Below the pieces are notes generated by a model. The model searched no databases. It was not told the DNA's origin and saw only the letters and a program-made list of their open reading frames with translations. Positions 39,504-49,374 of a stretch of DNA of 64,000 nt are shown here, one piece after another. The DNA comes from an uncultured Alphaproteobacteria bacterium (GTDB taxonomy: Bacteria; Pseudomonadota; Alphaproteobacteria; Rhizobiales; Xanthobacteraceae). Numbering within the stretch: position 1 is the stretch's first letter; every line of letters starts with the position of its first letter. A program made the position numbers and the translations under genes. The stretch lies in NCBI GenBank assembly GCA_963718035.1, contig CAVQYD010000018.1, forward strand, positions 301 through 64,300. The letters are read 5' to 3'.

Positions 39504-39929
39504 ATGCGTAAGAATGTACTGGTGATTGCGTTCTTAATCGCCCTCGTCGCGCCGGCGGTCGCTCAGAAGGCTCAGATTGAAGCCGTCAACGCAAAATGGA
39601 TGGAATTGTTCAACAAAGGTGATTTTCAAGGGATTGCGGAGCTGTACACCGTTGACGCGATCGCATTTCCGCCTGGCTCCGCGATGGTGAGAGGGAAAGC
39701 TGCAATCGGCGCAATGTGGAAGGGTATGGCGGAGCAAGCGGGCAATCCGAGAGTCACTACTCTGGAAGTCAAACGATTGGGTCCTGCCGCAGCGCGTGAG
39801 ATCGGGACCTTTAGCTTGACGACTAAAGGGCCGTCACCGAAGGAGGTTTCAGGGAAATATCTTGTCGTGTGGGAGAGAGTCCGGGGCCAATGGAAACTCG
39901 CCGCCGATATTTGGAACGACGGTAAATAA
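39504..39929 (+). CDS. DUF4440/SnoaL-like (NTF2 fold) exported protein
   Basis: IEAVNAKWMELFNKGD..LYT.DA..GKYLVVWERV.GQWKL..DIWN. Confidence 0.85.
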   Translation: MRKNVLVIAFLIALVAPAVAQKAQIEAVNAKWMELFNKGDFQGIAELYTVDAIAFPPGSAMVRGKAAIGAMWKGMAEQAGNPRVTTLEVKRLGPAAAREIGTFSLTTKGPSPKEVSGKYLVVWERVRGQWKLAADIWNDGK

Positions 39930-39972
39930 AAAGTGAGCGCATATCCGGTTCGGACCAGCGCTTGTCAGGGTG

Positions 39973-40046
39973 ATGTCCGCTTCACCCCCGAAAGCGGACA
40001 TTGGACGCGTCGAGCTGAATGTACGCCAAGTGCCAGTAGCGGACAT
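39973..40046 (+). repeat. palindromic repeat cluster (B, C)
   Basis: atgtccgcttc-acccccg-aaagcggacat; atgtacgccaa-gtgcca-gtagcggacat. Confidence 0.9.
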
Positions 40047-40060
40047 TCAAAGTCGCTAAA

Positions 40061-40878
40061 TCACTTTGGTGACTTGCCCGTCAACCGCTCAAATGTACTT
40101 TCGCAACCGTCCGGGAGACGAATACAAAAAGTTTCTTTGAGAACCGAAGCCAATTCCGAAGACGAATGAAGTTTACGCTTTTCAGTTTCGCCGCTCAGAT
40201 GGTGAACCGACAGTTCGTTGTCGAATAACCCATAACGAAGTTTGTCCGTGGGACGGGCGACCATCAGATGGTTCGTGAAGACAACGTCTGGATTGGTCGA
40301 TGTAAACCAATTGTAGACAGCATAATCGTCCGGCGACACACCCTGAAGCGACACCTGATAAACCGCTGCCCATCGATCCTTTAATTTAATCTGAACTTGG
40401 AACTGCCCATCGATCGGCACCAGTCGAAACGCCTCGAGCGTGGTCTGTTGTTCAATGGCCGGCACAAGTTGAAGTGGGCTTGTCAGCGTTAGCCGCCCAT
40501 AGCCGACATCCACAATAAATTGGCCTTCCGGAAGATTGACCCGAAGCACCATATGAATTCTCGGTCCGTATTCATCCGCGGGCCTATTCCATTGAACCAC
40601 CGCGGCAAGCCCAGAGACCGAAAAGCCGAGAGCCTGTAAGACACCTTGAAAAAAACATTTTGCCCGAAGCAGTAACCGCCACGCCCCTGATTTAGAAATT
40701 TCTCCGACAACGTGGACAGATTGAGCGAAACCGGTCGCCGCATAAGGGGATCAAGATTTTCAAAGGGAATGGCTGTCGCGTGCAACGCCTGCAGCCGTTT
40801 AAGTGTACTTAGCGTGGCCGGTGCCGGACCAGTAAAGCCGACCCTTTTGAAATACGCCTTGAGATCAATCTCAGTCAT
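40061..40878 (-). CDS. arylamine N-acetyltransferase (frameshifted near 40640)
   Basis: DLKAYFKRVG, IPFENLD, RGGYCF, HMVLRV, VDVGYG. Confidence 0.88.
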
Positions 40879-41026
40879 TATGGCGGCGATGCTACGCTTA
40901 TGGCGAAATACAGACCCGCATTTGGAATGTGACACTATATTGTTGTGAAACCTTGAACGTCTGCAATGGGCGAAGATTGAGGACGAGTGCCTCCAATTTT
41001 CCAATTTTGGGGCTAATCTCGCAGTC

Positions 41027-42421
41027 ATGAGCGAAACCAAGGCGCTATTCGACACGCTGCGCAGTTCGGCTGATCAAACCGTCGTTGCTGCCATTAAATC
41101 CGTTGTCCGCGACGGCAGCGACCGGCAATTGTGCCGTATCAATGCCCTGAGCTTTGCCGCCAGCCACGGGCTGGACGAGGAAAAAACAATCAGCGGGTTC
41201 CTGCATGCCGCCCGGCTGGGGCTGTTCGAGCTGAGCTGGAACGTCCTCTGCCCCGGTTGCGGTGGCGTGCTCGAGGCCACGCAGACCCTCAGGTCCGTGC
41301 ACAAGGAGGCTTATGACTGCGCGCTGTGCGCTTGTGGCTATGAGCCGACGCTCGACGAGATGGTCGAAGTCGTCTTTACCGTCAGTCCCCGCCTGCGCCG
41401 GATCGCGGCGCACGACCCCCACTCGCTTCCGGTATTTGAATATTTCCGGCAGATTTTCTGGGCCTCGGGCATCGATCTGCCGGAAACGGGATTTGAGGAG
41501 GTTCTCGAGAAAATCAGCATCGAGGCGATCGAGCTCCCGCCCGGCGAGAAGGCACTCATATCATTGCAGCTGCCGGCCGAATTCGTGATCGTCTTCGAGC
41601 CGGTCACCCACGCGGCCCATTTCATCGACGTGAAAGGCGAGCCGACCCGCGAGCGCCAGAGCTCTCACGATGATCTTCAATAAAATTCACGCCCCGACCG
41701 GCACCACGACGATGCAGCCCGGTCCGCTGCGGATCACGCTCGAGAACCGCACCGACGTGCGTACGCTGCCATCGGTATGGATCGCTGGCGACGAGCTCCA
41801 CCACCTGCTCGGCAACCGCCGGCCGTTCCTGACCGCGAAGCGGCTGCTGAGCAACCAGACATTTCGCGACATCTATCGAACAGACACGCTCGATGTCGAC
41901 CAGGGACTGAAAGTCACGAGCCTCACCTTCCTGTTCACCGACCTCAAGGGCTCGACGGCGCTCTATGACCGCGTCGGCGACATCGTCGCCTACGATCTGG
42001 TGCGCGAGCATTTCAGGATTCTCCAGGACATCGTTTCGTCGGAGGGAGGCGCAGTCGTCAAGACGATCGGCGACGCGGTGATGGCCACCTTTCCGACGCC
42101 CGATCGCGCCGTGAGTGCCGCCCTTCGCATGCGCAACTCCGTGCAGGAACTGAAGAACGACCTGCTGATCAAGATCGGGATTCACGAGGGACCGTGCCTC
42201 GCGGTAACCCTCAACGACCGGCTCGACTACTTCGGCCAGACCGTCAATATCGCCGCGCGCGTCCAGAGCCTTGCCGATTCACGCGCAATCTTCGCGACAA
42301 AATCCGTGGTGGAAAATTCGCAAGTCTCGAAGATCCTGGAGGCGGGCAAGCTCAAGCTGACAGAGCAAACCGCGGCTTGCGCGGCGTCGCCGACAAAATG
42401 GCGGTCTTTCAAATTCCTTGA
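41027..42421 (+). CDS. DUF5939-adenylate/guanylate cyclase domain protein (two frameshifts)
   Basis: LSWNVLCPGC, CALC, TFLFTDLKGSTALY, VKTIGDAVMA, KIGIHEG, DYFGQTVNIAARV. Confidence 0.88.
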
Positions 42422-42462
42422 ACGGCAGCTCACGGCTGGGCTTCGGCGCAATCTGCACAGCT

Positions 42463-43053
42463 CTATTGCTGTACGATGCGGACGCGACGTTCACCGCATG
42501 CAACAGTGATATCGATCTGGACGTGACCATAATCTGAATTGCACCAGCGCCCGCCTTCGAACAGGCCATGCGAGGCGGCGATCCTGCCCAAAGCGGCGCG
42601 GCCGGGCAGATTGCAGCGCCGATCGACCACGCCGCGGCGGTGCTGGCACACGTCCAAAGCCTTTCCGCACGGGTGCTCGCTCGAACGCGAACAGCGGCCC
42701 GGCCGGGTCCCGCCCATGAAGAGCACGCGTGCGCCATAATTTGTTTCCAGATCGTCGATATAGGCCTGAAAACGTGCAGCATAGACCGCGCCAACGCGTG
42801 CAAGCGCTCCCGTCTTGCCGGATTTCACAATGCCGGCCGCGTTGTTTCCGTTAGCGTCCTGCGCGCGCGACGGACGGGGAGCAGCAGCTTTCGCATCCTG
42901 GAATTCCGAAACGTTCGGGACGTCACGCGCCATCGGCGGCGCGGAGCTTATGGCGGTACAGCGCTCATCCTTGTCGCAGGGATTATTGACGAGTGATGAC
43001 GTCGACAGTCCGGCGAGCAGAACAAGGGCAGCGGCGAGCATGACTGGCTTCAT
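42463..43053 (-). CDS. exported hypothetical protein, possible M15-like peptidase fold
   Basis: Signal peptide; SEHPCGKALDV and DYGHV motifs. Confidence 0.6.
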   Translation of the reverse strand: MKPVMLAAALVLLAGLSTSSLVNNPCDKDERCTAISSAPPMARDVPNVSEFQDAKAAAPRPSRAQDANGNNAAGIVKSGKTGALARVGAVYAARFQAYIDDLETNYGARVLFMGGTRPGRCSRSSEHPCGKALDVCQHRRGVVDRRCNLPGRAALGRIAASHGLFEGGRWCNSDYGHVQIDITVACGERRVRIVQQ

Positions 43054-43503
43054 GCACCCTCCTAGAGAGACCCTCGCTCTGAAGCGGACCTCCTGCTGTC
43101 TTTAACGAGGGTCCGCACCGAGGCACGATAGTCGCTCTCGTTGTCAGATCCGGTGTATTGCCTGTAAATCCATCGGCCATCGTCTCGCCGGCGCAAAACA
43201 GTGCCCCACAAGAGACGGCCGGTAATTGATCGTCTTGGAACGACGACCTTCCACAAATGCCAAGCCTCCTCGTAAGGAGGCCGCTCCGGAGTTCGCATCC
43301 GAAGAATGTTGTGCTTGCTTGCGATCGTGCGCAGCATGGCGGACCAACCGTTCGGCCCGCACCATAAATGCCGCCCCCTCACTCTCAACCAAATTTCGGG
43401 TTAACCGTAAGGAAGAAACCTTAATGCCGGGGCAGCCTGCTGTTTTCGCGCCAAACAAACATGGATTTTAATCAAGCTCTGCAAGGCGCGCCTCGGCTCC
43501 GGT

Positions 43504-44157
43504 TTATTGACCGGCGGCGCCCACGTCCGGTGTGGCCGATGGCGCCGTTGTTGATTGACCCGGCTGCTCGGCAAACGCCGCCGTGGCCGGAGCCCGCTGT
43601 GGCGGGGAGACCTTCTGCCGGCGTGCACCGCGTTGATGGGCGACGCCAGGCATATCGCGATGTTTTGTTGCGGCGTTCGGTGACAATTCAGCCAGCGGCA
43701 AGCGCACCTCATAGTCCGGCGGCGCAACGGCTGGGTCATCAATCAGCGCCGCGGGTATCGGTCTTCCGGCGGACGCCGGCTCGGGCGCAACGGCTGTTGT
43801 CTTCCCGTTGATTGTGCTCGTCGTCAGGCCGGTGAGGCCCGGCGCATTTTGCTCCAGCATCTTTTGCCGCTGCTTCAACGTGGTGGACGCGAGTTCCTTT
43901 TCGATCCGCGTCTGGTCCTTCAACTGAACGACCAGGTCGACCTGCCTGCGCAGTTCTTCATAGGTCACCTGCTTGCGTCCGATCAGGTACGCGAAATAAT
44001 TGCTGGTTGCGAGCACCGACACTGCCGCAACGGCCAGCAGAATTGACCTGACAACGACAGCGGCAGTTTCACCGCGCGCGGACCGATCGCTCCCCGCTTG
44101 CGGCGGGGGTGACGGTCGGCGTGTTCGGCGAGTGCGTCCCGGGGAAGAGGTCGACAT
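43504..44157 (-). CDS. membrane-anchored coiled-coil/Pro-rich hypothetical protein
   Basis: TM segment followed by heptads; start uncertain. Confidence 0.5.
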   Translation of the reverse strand: MSTSSPGRTRRTRRPSPPPQAGSDRSARGETAAVVVRSILLAVAAVSVLATSNYFAYLIGRKQVTYEELRRQVDLVVQLKDQTRIEKELASTTLKQRQKMLEQNAPGLTGLTTSTINGKTTAVAPEPASAGRPIPAALIDDPAVAPPDYEVRLPLAELSPNAATKHRDMPGVAHQRGARRQKVSPPQRAPATAAFAEQPGQSTTAPSATPDVGAAGQ

Positions 44158-44264
44158 GCAGCGCTCCGTGCCGGTTCGACATATGCCGAGCCCGATTCGC
44201 CGTGATGTGTCAAAGCAAAGATCGGCGACTACTCACGCGGATACCTTCCGCCACGCTGGCAAGA

Positions 44265-44296
44265 CAAAAAACCCGGCGACTGCCGGGCTTTTTGTT
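44265..44296. terminator. bidirectional intrinsic terminator after the capsid gene
   Basis: caaaaaa-cccggc-gact-gccggg-ctttttg. Confidence 0.8.
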
Positions 44297-44311
44297 CCAC
44301 TAATAGTGCAA

Positions 44312-45568
44312 TCAGCTCACCGCGAACTTCAGCAGCTTGATCGCGTCGTAGTCCTGCACGCCGCCGCCGACGCGCTTGGTCGTGTAGAACAGCACGTAGG
44401 GCTTGGCGGAATAAGGATCGCGAAGGACCGTGACGCCCGCACGATCGACGATGAGGTATCCGCGCTTGAAATCGCCGAACGCCACCGAGAGCGAATTCGC
44501 GGTAATGTCTGGCATGTCTTCGACATCGTGCACCGGGAAGTTCATCAGGCTGGCGCGTCCCGACGGTGACGCCGGCGGCTGCCAGATATAATTGTTGGTC
44601 GTGTCCTTGAACTTGCGGATCAAGGACTGCGTCTTGCGGTTCATCACGAACGCGGCGTTCTGCCGATATCCCGCCTTGAGCGCGAAGATGAGATCGACCA
44701 GCACGTCGGACGGCGCGGTCGACGGGAAAGCCCCCGCAACGCCTGACGCGACGTATCCGATATTGCCCCAGGCCCACGAGCTGTTCGCAACGGTGTTGTA
44801 CGACACGAAGCCCTTCGGCTTGTTGTTGCCGTCGCCGGTGACGAAGGCCGCGCCTTCCTGGGCGGCGAATACGCGGTCCACCTCCTGCGCCAGCCATTCG
44901 TCGATATCGACCGCGCTGTCTTCAAGCAGCAGCGTCGTCGCCGCCGGCATGGCGTAAAGCTCCATCGCCGGGAACGACAGCTCGTCGAGGGTCGGGGTGG
45001 TCGTCTGCGTGCGCGCGTCGGTCTCCCCGACCCAGCCGGCCACTGCGCCCGTCGCCATCATCGGCTTCTTGTAAATATTGCTGCTGATGGTGCGGATGCT
45101 GGCCAGCGAGCGGATCGGCGAAATATTGAACAGCCGCTCACCGATCTTGTACTCGATTTCCGGCGGCACCAGAAATCCGCCGTCTGGATTCGAGCTGCCA
45201 GACAGCGCTTTTTGTTCGAGCGCGCGCAGATTTGCGGTGTCGCCGCCACGCACATAAGCATCGAACGCGGCCTTGTGCTCGATGACCGGCTGATTGGCTG
45301 GCTCCGCTGGCCGCGGTTCGCTGCCGATCGCCGGGCGGGCCTGCTTGAGCTCGATCACTTCCAGCCGCTGCGTCTGCGCAGCAATCACGTTGTCGAGCCG
45401 ATCGATCTTTTCCTCAAGCAGCACGTCGACCGAGCGTTTTTCGGAAAGTCTCAGGTCGTTTGCTTCCTTGAATTCATCGAACGCACGCATCAGTTCGGCG
45501 TGCGTCACGGCAGCATCGGCGGGAATGCCGGCTTTTGTTTCGAGTGCAATATCAGTTTCAATTTCCAT
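44312..45568 (-). CDS. GTA g5 HK97-fold major capsid protein
   Basis: RBS aggaga; EHKAAFDAYVRGG, DGGFLVPPE, ELYAMPAAT..LLEDSAVDIDEW, LRDPYSAKPYVLFYTTKRVGGGVQDYDAIKLLKF. Confidence 0.95.
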   Translation of the reverse strand: MEIETDIALETKAGIPADAAVTHAELMRAFDEFKEANDLRLSEKRSVDVLLEEKIDRLDNVIAAQTQRLEVIELKQARPAIGSEPRPAEPANQPVIEHKAAFDAYVRGGDTANLRALEQKALSGSSNPDGGFLVPPEIEYKIGERLFNISPIRSLASIRTISSNIYKKPMMATGAVAGWVGETDARTQTTTPTLDELSFPAMELYAMPAATTLLLEDSAVDIDEWLAQEVDRVFAAQEGAAFVTGDGNNKPKGFVSYNTVANSSWAWGNIGYVASGVAGAFPSTAPSDVLVDLIFALKAGYRQNAAFVMNRKTQSLIRKFKDTTNNYIWQPPASPSGRASLMNFPVHDVEDMPDITANSLSVAFGDFKRGYLIVDRAGVTVLRDPYSAKPYVLFYTTKRVGGGVQDYDAIKLLKFAVS

Positions 45569-45790
45569 TTGATTCTCCTGGTTAAACGAATGTGATTCGT
45601 CCGCGCGCAACAGTGTCGCGCACGAAAAGCATCATCTTTGATCAATTAGGATCGGCTTGGATGAGTAGTCGCAAAAGCCCTGTGACTAGTGGCATAAACG
45701 CGATTGTCGGGGATTGTCGCGCCTCTCGTGTTTAATTCACCGGACGCGAGCATTTCGCTTTCGCTATACTTGCTACTCTTTGGATCGGCC

Positions 45791-46387
45791 ATGTCTAACA
45801 AGCCCGCGAAAAAGATCGATCCGTTTCAGATTTTTATTCACGCGGACGGCTTCTATAAAGCTGACCATATCCTTTCAAATATCGATTTCAACACTGACCC
45901 ACAACTTGCAACCGAAATAGGTCAAGCGTCTATGGTGCTCTCGGCGTTGAATTCAGAACTTTTTCTAAAATGTTTGATCTGCATCGAAACAGGCCGAGTC
46001 CCTCGTGGGCATAATTTGCATAGTCTATTTAAGCAATTAAAGCCGCAAACCCGAAGGCGCATTGAGCACATTTGGGATACTGAATTGGTCCCCCACCGCA
46101 ACTCCATGTGGGTTAAAATTGAAAATTCATTTGGCGACGGTAGAAAGATCGCCCGCGATCTTACCAGCGCATTGGCGGGAGGCAGCACCGCATTTGAAAA
46201 AATACGATATAGCTATGAGGACGATAACGAAGAGGTGCAATTCTATATAGGCGACCTACCACAAATTTTAGGCCGAGTTATTTTAGAAATGAAACCGGAG
46301 TGGCGGAATCGCCGCCGCCGCGTTCAAGAGGTTGCGGGTGCTGATCCGGGGCCATCGCAAGGCCGTCCTCAAACTGAAAAATCATAA
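45791..46387 (+). CDS. putative HEPN-domain protein (AT-rich)
   Basis: SELFLKCLI..GHNLHSLF..RYSYE pattern. Confidence 0.6.
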   Translation: MSNKPAKKIDPFQIFIHADGFYKADHILSNIDFNTDPQLATEIGQASMVLSALNSELFLKCLICIETGRVPRGHNLHSLFKQLKPQTRRRIEHIWDTELVPHRNSMWVKIENSFGDGRKIARDLTSALAGGSTAFEKIRYSYEDDNEEVQFYIGDLPQILGRVILEMKPEWRNRRRRVQEVAGADPGPSQGRPQTEKS

Positions 46388-46698
46388 AGTTTCCGAAACA
46401 TTCCTACATCACTCGCGGAATATCCGGGCAGCGCACGTTGCAGCGATCGTTGAAGCTATTGGCAACACTTCGCGGGCAGTCGGCCGATAGATCGGCAAGC
46501 AACTCGACCACCTTGCCGTCACAACCGCGGCGATCGATGAGCCGTTCAACTGTCGATTTATAATTATGGAGGGTGCCTGAACTCTAACGGAGCAGCGTCA
46601 CGCTGTCAAGGATTATTATCCTAGCAGCCTTCGATCACGTCGGTGGCGCGCAGCAGGATCGAAGTCGCGCAATAATGCCGCGCAATGTGGCGACCTCT

Positions 46699-47292
46699 TT
46701 ACTGCACCACTACGGTTGTCCCGACCGGTACCCGGTTATAGAGATCTGCGATGTCCTCGTTCCTCATCCGGAAACAGCCGGACGATTCCGCCTCGCCGAC
46801 CGAATCCGGATCGTTCGAGCCGTGAATCCGGTAGAGCGTACTGCCGAGATACATCGCGCGCGTGCCGAGCGGATTGTCCGGATCGCCGCCCTTCATGTGC
46901 CTCGGCACATCCCTTTGCCGCGCGATCATCTCCGGTGGCGCCGTCCAATTTGGAAATTCTTTTTTCGCGGTGATCTTGTGCGTGCCCTTCCACTGGAAGC
47001 CGGCCCGGCCGACACCGATGCCGTAGCGTAGCGCCGAGCCGCCGCCTTGAACGAGATAAAGCCGCCGCTCTGTCGTGTTGATGACGATGGTGCCTGGCGC
47101 ATACTTACTGTCATAACGCACGGTGGTGCGGCCGAGGCCGGTGCCATCGAAGCCAAAGATGTTGTAGATGCCCTTCTTGGTTGCGCCGCCGCGCAGCATC
47201 TCTTCTCGCTCGTTGTCGGACTGGGCTTGCGCGAGACTGACGGAACCAAGCAGGGCGGCGATTGCAGCTACGGTCGCAACATGACGTATCAA
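46699..47292 (-). CDS. L,D-transpeptidase (ErfK/YbiS/YkuD)
   Basis: GTIVINT.ERRLY, YGIGVGR, NPLGTRAMYL, YRIHGS, SSGCFRM. Confidence 0.92.
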   Translation of the reverse strand: MIRHVATVAAIAALLGSVSLAQAQSDNEREEMLRGGATKKGIYNIFGFDGTGLGRTTVRYDSKYAPGTIVINTTERRLYLVQGGGSALRYGIGVGRAGFQWKGTHKITAKKEFPNWTAPPEMIARQRDVPRHMKGGDPDNPLGTRAMYLGSTLYRIHGSNDPDSVGEAESSGCFRMRNEDIADLYNRVPVGTTVVVQ

Positions 47293-47420
47293 CACGAGTT
47301 CTATCCCCAGATGGAAATGGTGCGGCACTGTAGGGATTGAATCTACGGTCTCTCCCGTGCGACGGCAATTGCCCCAATCACGACACGGTCGAGCCCGCGC
47401 GTGGTTTCGAGCAGTGGGCC

Positions 47421-47456
47421 ATGTCCGCTGTACCCATAGTACGACCGAAAGCGGAC
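47421..47456 (+). repeat. palindromic repeat (B-like, elongated centre)
   Basis: atgtccgctgtacccatagtacgaccgaaagcggac. Confidence 0.6.
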
Positions 47457-47531
47457 CGTCACTCGGACCCCTGTTTTCGCCGTGAGAGGGCGACAAGTCC
47501 GTATCATAGTCGCGCACTTGTGGAGAGATCC

Positions 47532-47909
47532 TTATGGTCCTTTTCCGCCCGCCTTCTTCTTTTGCTTGTCGAGCGGTACCAAGCCTACGTAGGTCGCGCC
47601 CTTGCGTGTGAATACGGGCCGCGCCACGAAACGGTCGCCCAGTTCGCGCTCCCGCTTCGCAAAGGCGTGCGTGCCTTTCCAGTAGAGCGCAAACTTGTGG
47701 TCGTGGGCGTAATGGACGGCCTCGTTGGCGTCGCCGAAATGGATTGGGATCGGAGGGCCTTCCGCCTCTCGACGCTCGGCAAGCTCCGCCAATTCACGCC
47801 AACGCTGGGCCGCAGTACGTGCCAAACGTTTGGCGTCCGGGGTGCGGGCGTTCTCGCAGGCACGTTCCGCACGTTCGGCTCGTCGCCGATATGTCTCTGC
47901 CGGATGCAT
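47532..47909 (-). CDS. hypothetical protein with an N-terminal helical hairpin
   Basis: ETYRRRAERAERA..AKRLARTAAQRWRELAE. Confidence 0.65.
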   Translation of the reverse strand: MHPAETYRRRAERAERACENARTPDAKRLARTAAQRWRELAELAERREAEGPPIPIHFGDANEAVHYAHDHKFALYWKGTHAFAKRERELGDRFVARPVFTRKGATYVGLVPLDKQKKKAGGKGP

Positions 47910-48055
47910 GATCCGAGCTATCATCTGATCAAACGTTCGATCGTGAGATACGGTGCAGCCGCCCGGTTAAAAAAACGTATCGCACCGGCGATGGAACATG
48001 GTGCAGGTATCGCAATACGGTATCCCAGCCGTCCAACAGGTGACGGGAGAGAAAC

Positions 48056-48520
48056 ATGAAGCGCTCGGTGCTTGTCTCTTGTGCCTGCCTCCTGGCTGCA
48101 CCGGTTGCTGCTCAAACCGGGGATGCTGACAAAAAAACCGCCAGAGCAATGGTGGAAGACCTCACCAGACAAGACTTCGAGCAGCTCAAAAACAAACAGC
48201 GCGATAAAGACGCGATCGATGCCATCAAAATGCTGTTCTACAACAAGGCGTATATCTACTACGCGTGCCTCGTTTCGATCGGCCGCGAAAAGTTTTCGGA
48301 TAAAGCCGTTGCCCAATGCGTGCAGGAACCGATGACGGAATTGATGGCTGGATTAAGCAAGGCGAAAGACTATTCAAGTAACCCGAAGGCCGCTGCATGC
48401 GAAACGAAGGCAAGGCTCGTGAAAGAGGAAGCAGACTTCCCGCCCTACGCTTTCCTCGCCGGGGAAGACGTGCACCTGTATGATTTCAAGGCCATGCGGA
48501 CTTGCCTAACCTCAAGGTAA
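48056..48520 (+). CDS. hypothetical exported protein
   Basis: RBS ggaga, signal peptide, spaced Cys residues. Confidence 0.65.
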   Translation: MKRSVLVSCACLLAAPVAAQTGDADKKTARAMVEDLTRQDFEQLKNKQRDKDAIDAIKMLFYNKAYIYYACLVSIGREKFSDKAVAQCVQEPMTELMAGLSKAKDYSSNPKAAACETKARLVKEEADFPPYAFLAGEDVHLYDFKAMRTCLTSR

Positions 48521-48558
48521 AACGGGAACGCCGGCATTACATTCGGGTTGTTGAGTCC

Positions 48559-48837
48559 ATGAAACATCTTGTCCCTGCGCTCGCACTCATTCTTGTTGGA
48601 AGCGCTGCTGCAAAGGCCGCCGACATCAACTTCGGCGAAGTCAGGACCCGCTATCAGATCCGGAACGAGCTGACTGCCTGGGAGCGTCTCCGCCCCTGGG
48701 ACGTCGACTGGCGGCACACCTACGTCTGGCAGCACGGCCGAACTCTCCGGACAGAGTTTGCCCCGCCCGGCTGTTACATCACGCGCCTCGTTACGACACC
48801 CTCAGGCACCCAGCTGCAGGAACTTTTTATTTGCTAG
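48559..48837 (+). CDS. small exported hypothetical protein
   Basis: MKHLVPALALILVGSAAAKA signal peptide. Confidence 0.6.
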   Translation: MKHLVPALALILVGSAAAKAADINFGEVRTRYQIRNELTAWERLRPWDVDWRHTYVWQHGRTLRTEFAPPGCYITRLVTTPSGTQLQELFIC

Positions 48838-49374
48838 TTCCAGACGTTCTTTGCCTTTGATCGTCCACAATGAATCGGCTTATTCTGCCCCGACGATTTC
48901 GTAAGGGCGGAGCCAGGCGGCAGTTACCCACCGGGGACTGCCGCCTTAATTCTTGAAAAGGCGTGGAACTCAGGCGGGGCAGACGCGTTGTCCCGGCGGC
49001 CGCGCACCCCCCTTACCCCCCGAATTGCGCGGTCATATCGAGGACGATGCGATGCCGCATCGTCCTCATTTTTTTGCACATCTACTGCGGCAGCAACTCG
49101 GCCGGAAAGGGTTTCATGGGGTTGGGCACCGACACGGTGACGGCGCCGCCGGATGCCGGATAGGACGAGCGGCTTCCGCGCGAAACGGCTTTCACCCCCG
49201 CGGCAACGACGTCGACAAAGATCGCCGTCAGCAGCACGGCTGCCACGAGAAGGGGGAGCGCCCGGCGCAGGGAATATTTCTTGTCCATTTTCGACAACTA
49301 GCGCCGATCGTGCAAATGCAGTGTGACCCAGGTCACACTGTGTCGCTTTATTTCGCTTTGAGCGGCTCGGACCC

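Noticed and set aside
21815-40046. Classical integron
   Set aside because: No IntI, no RYYYAAC...GTTRRRY attC ends, and genes occur in both orientations.
5239-45568. Intact prophage
   Set aside because: No integrase, replication, lysis or terminase genes; the short tape measure and gene set are GTA-like.
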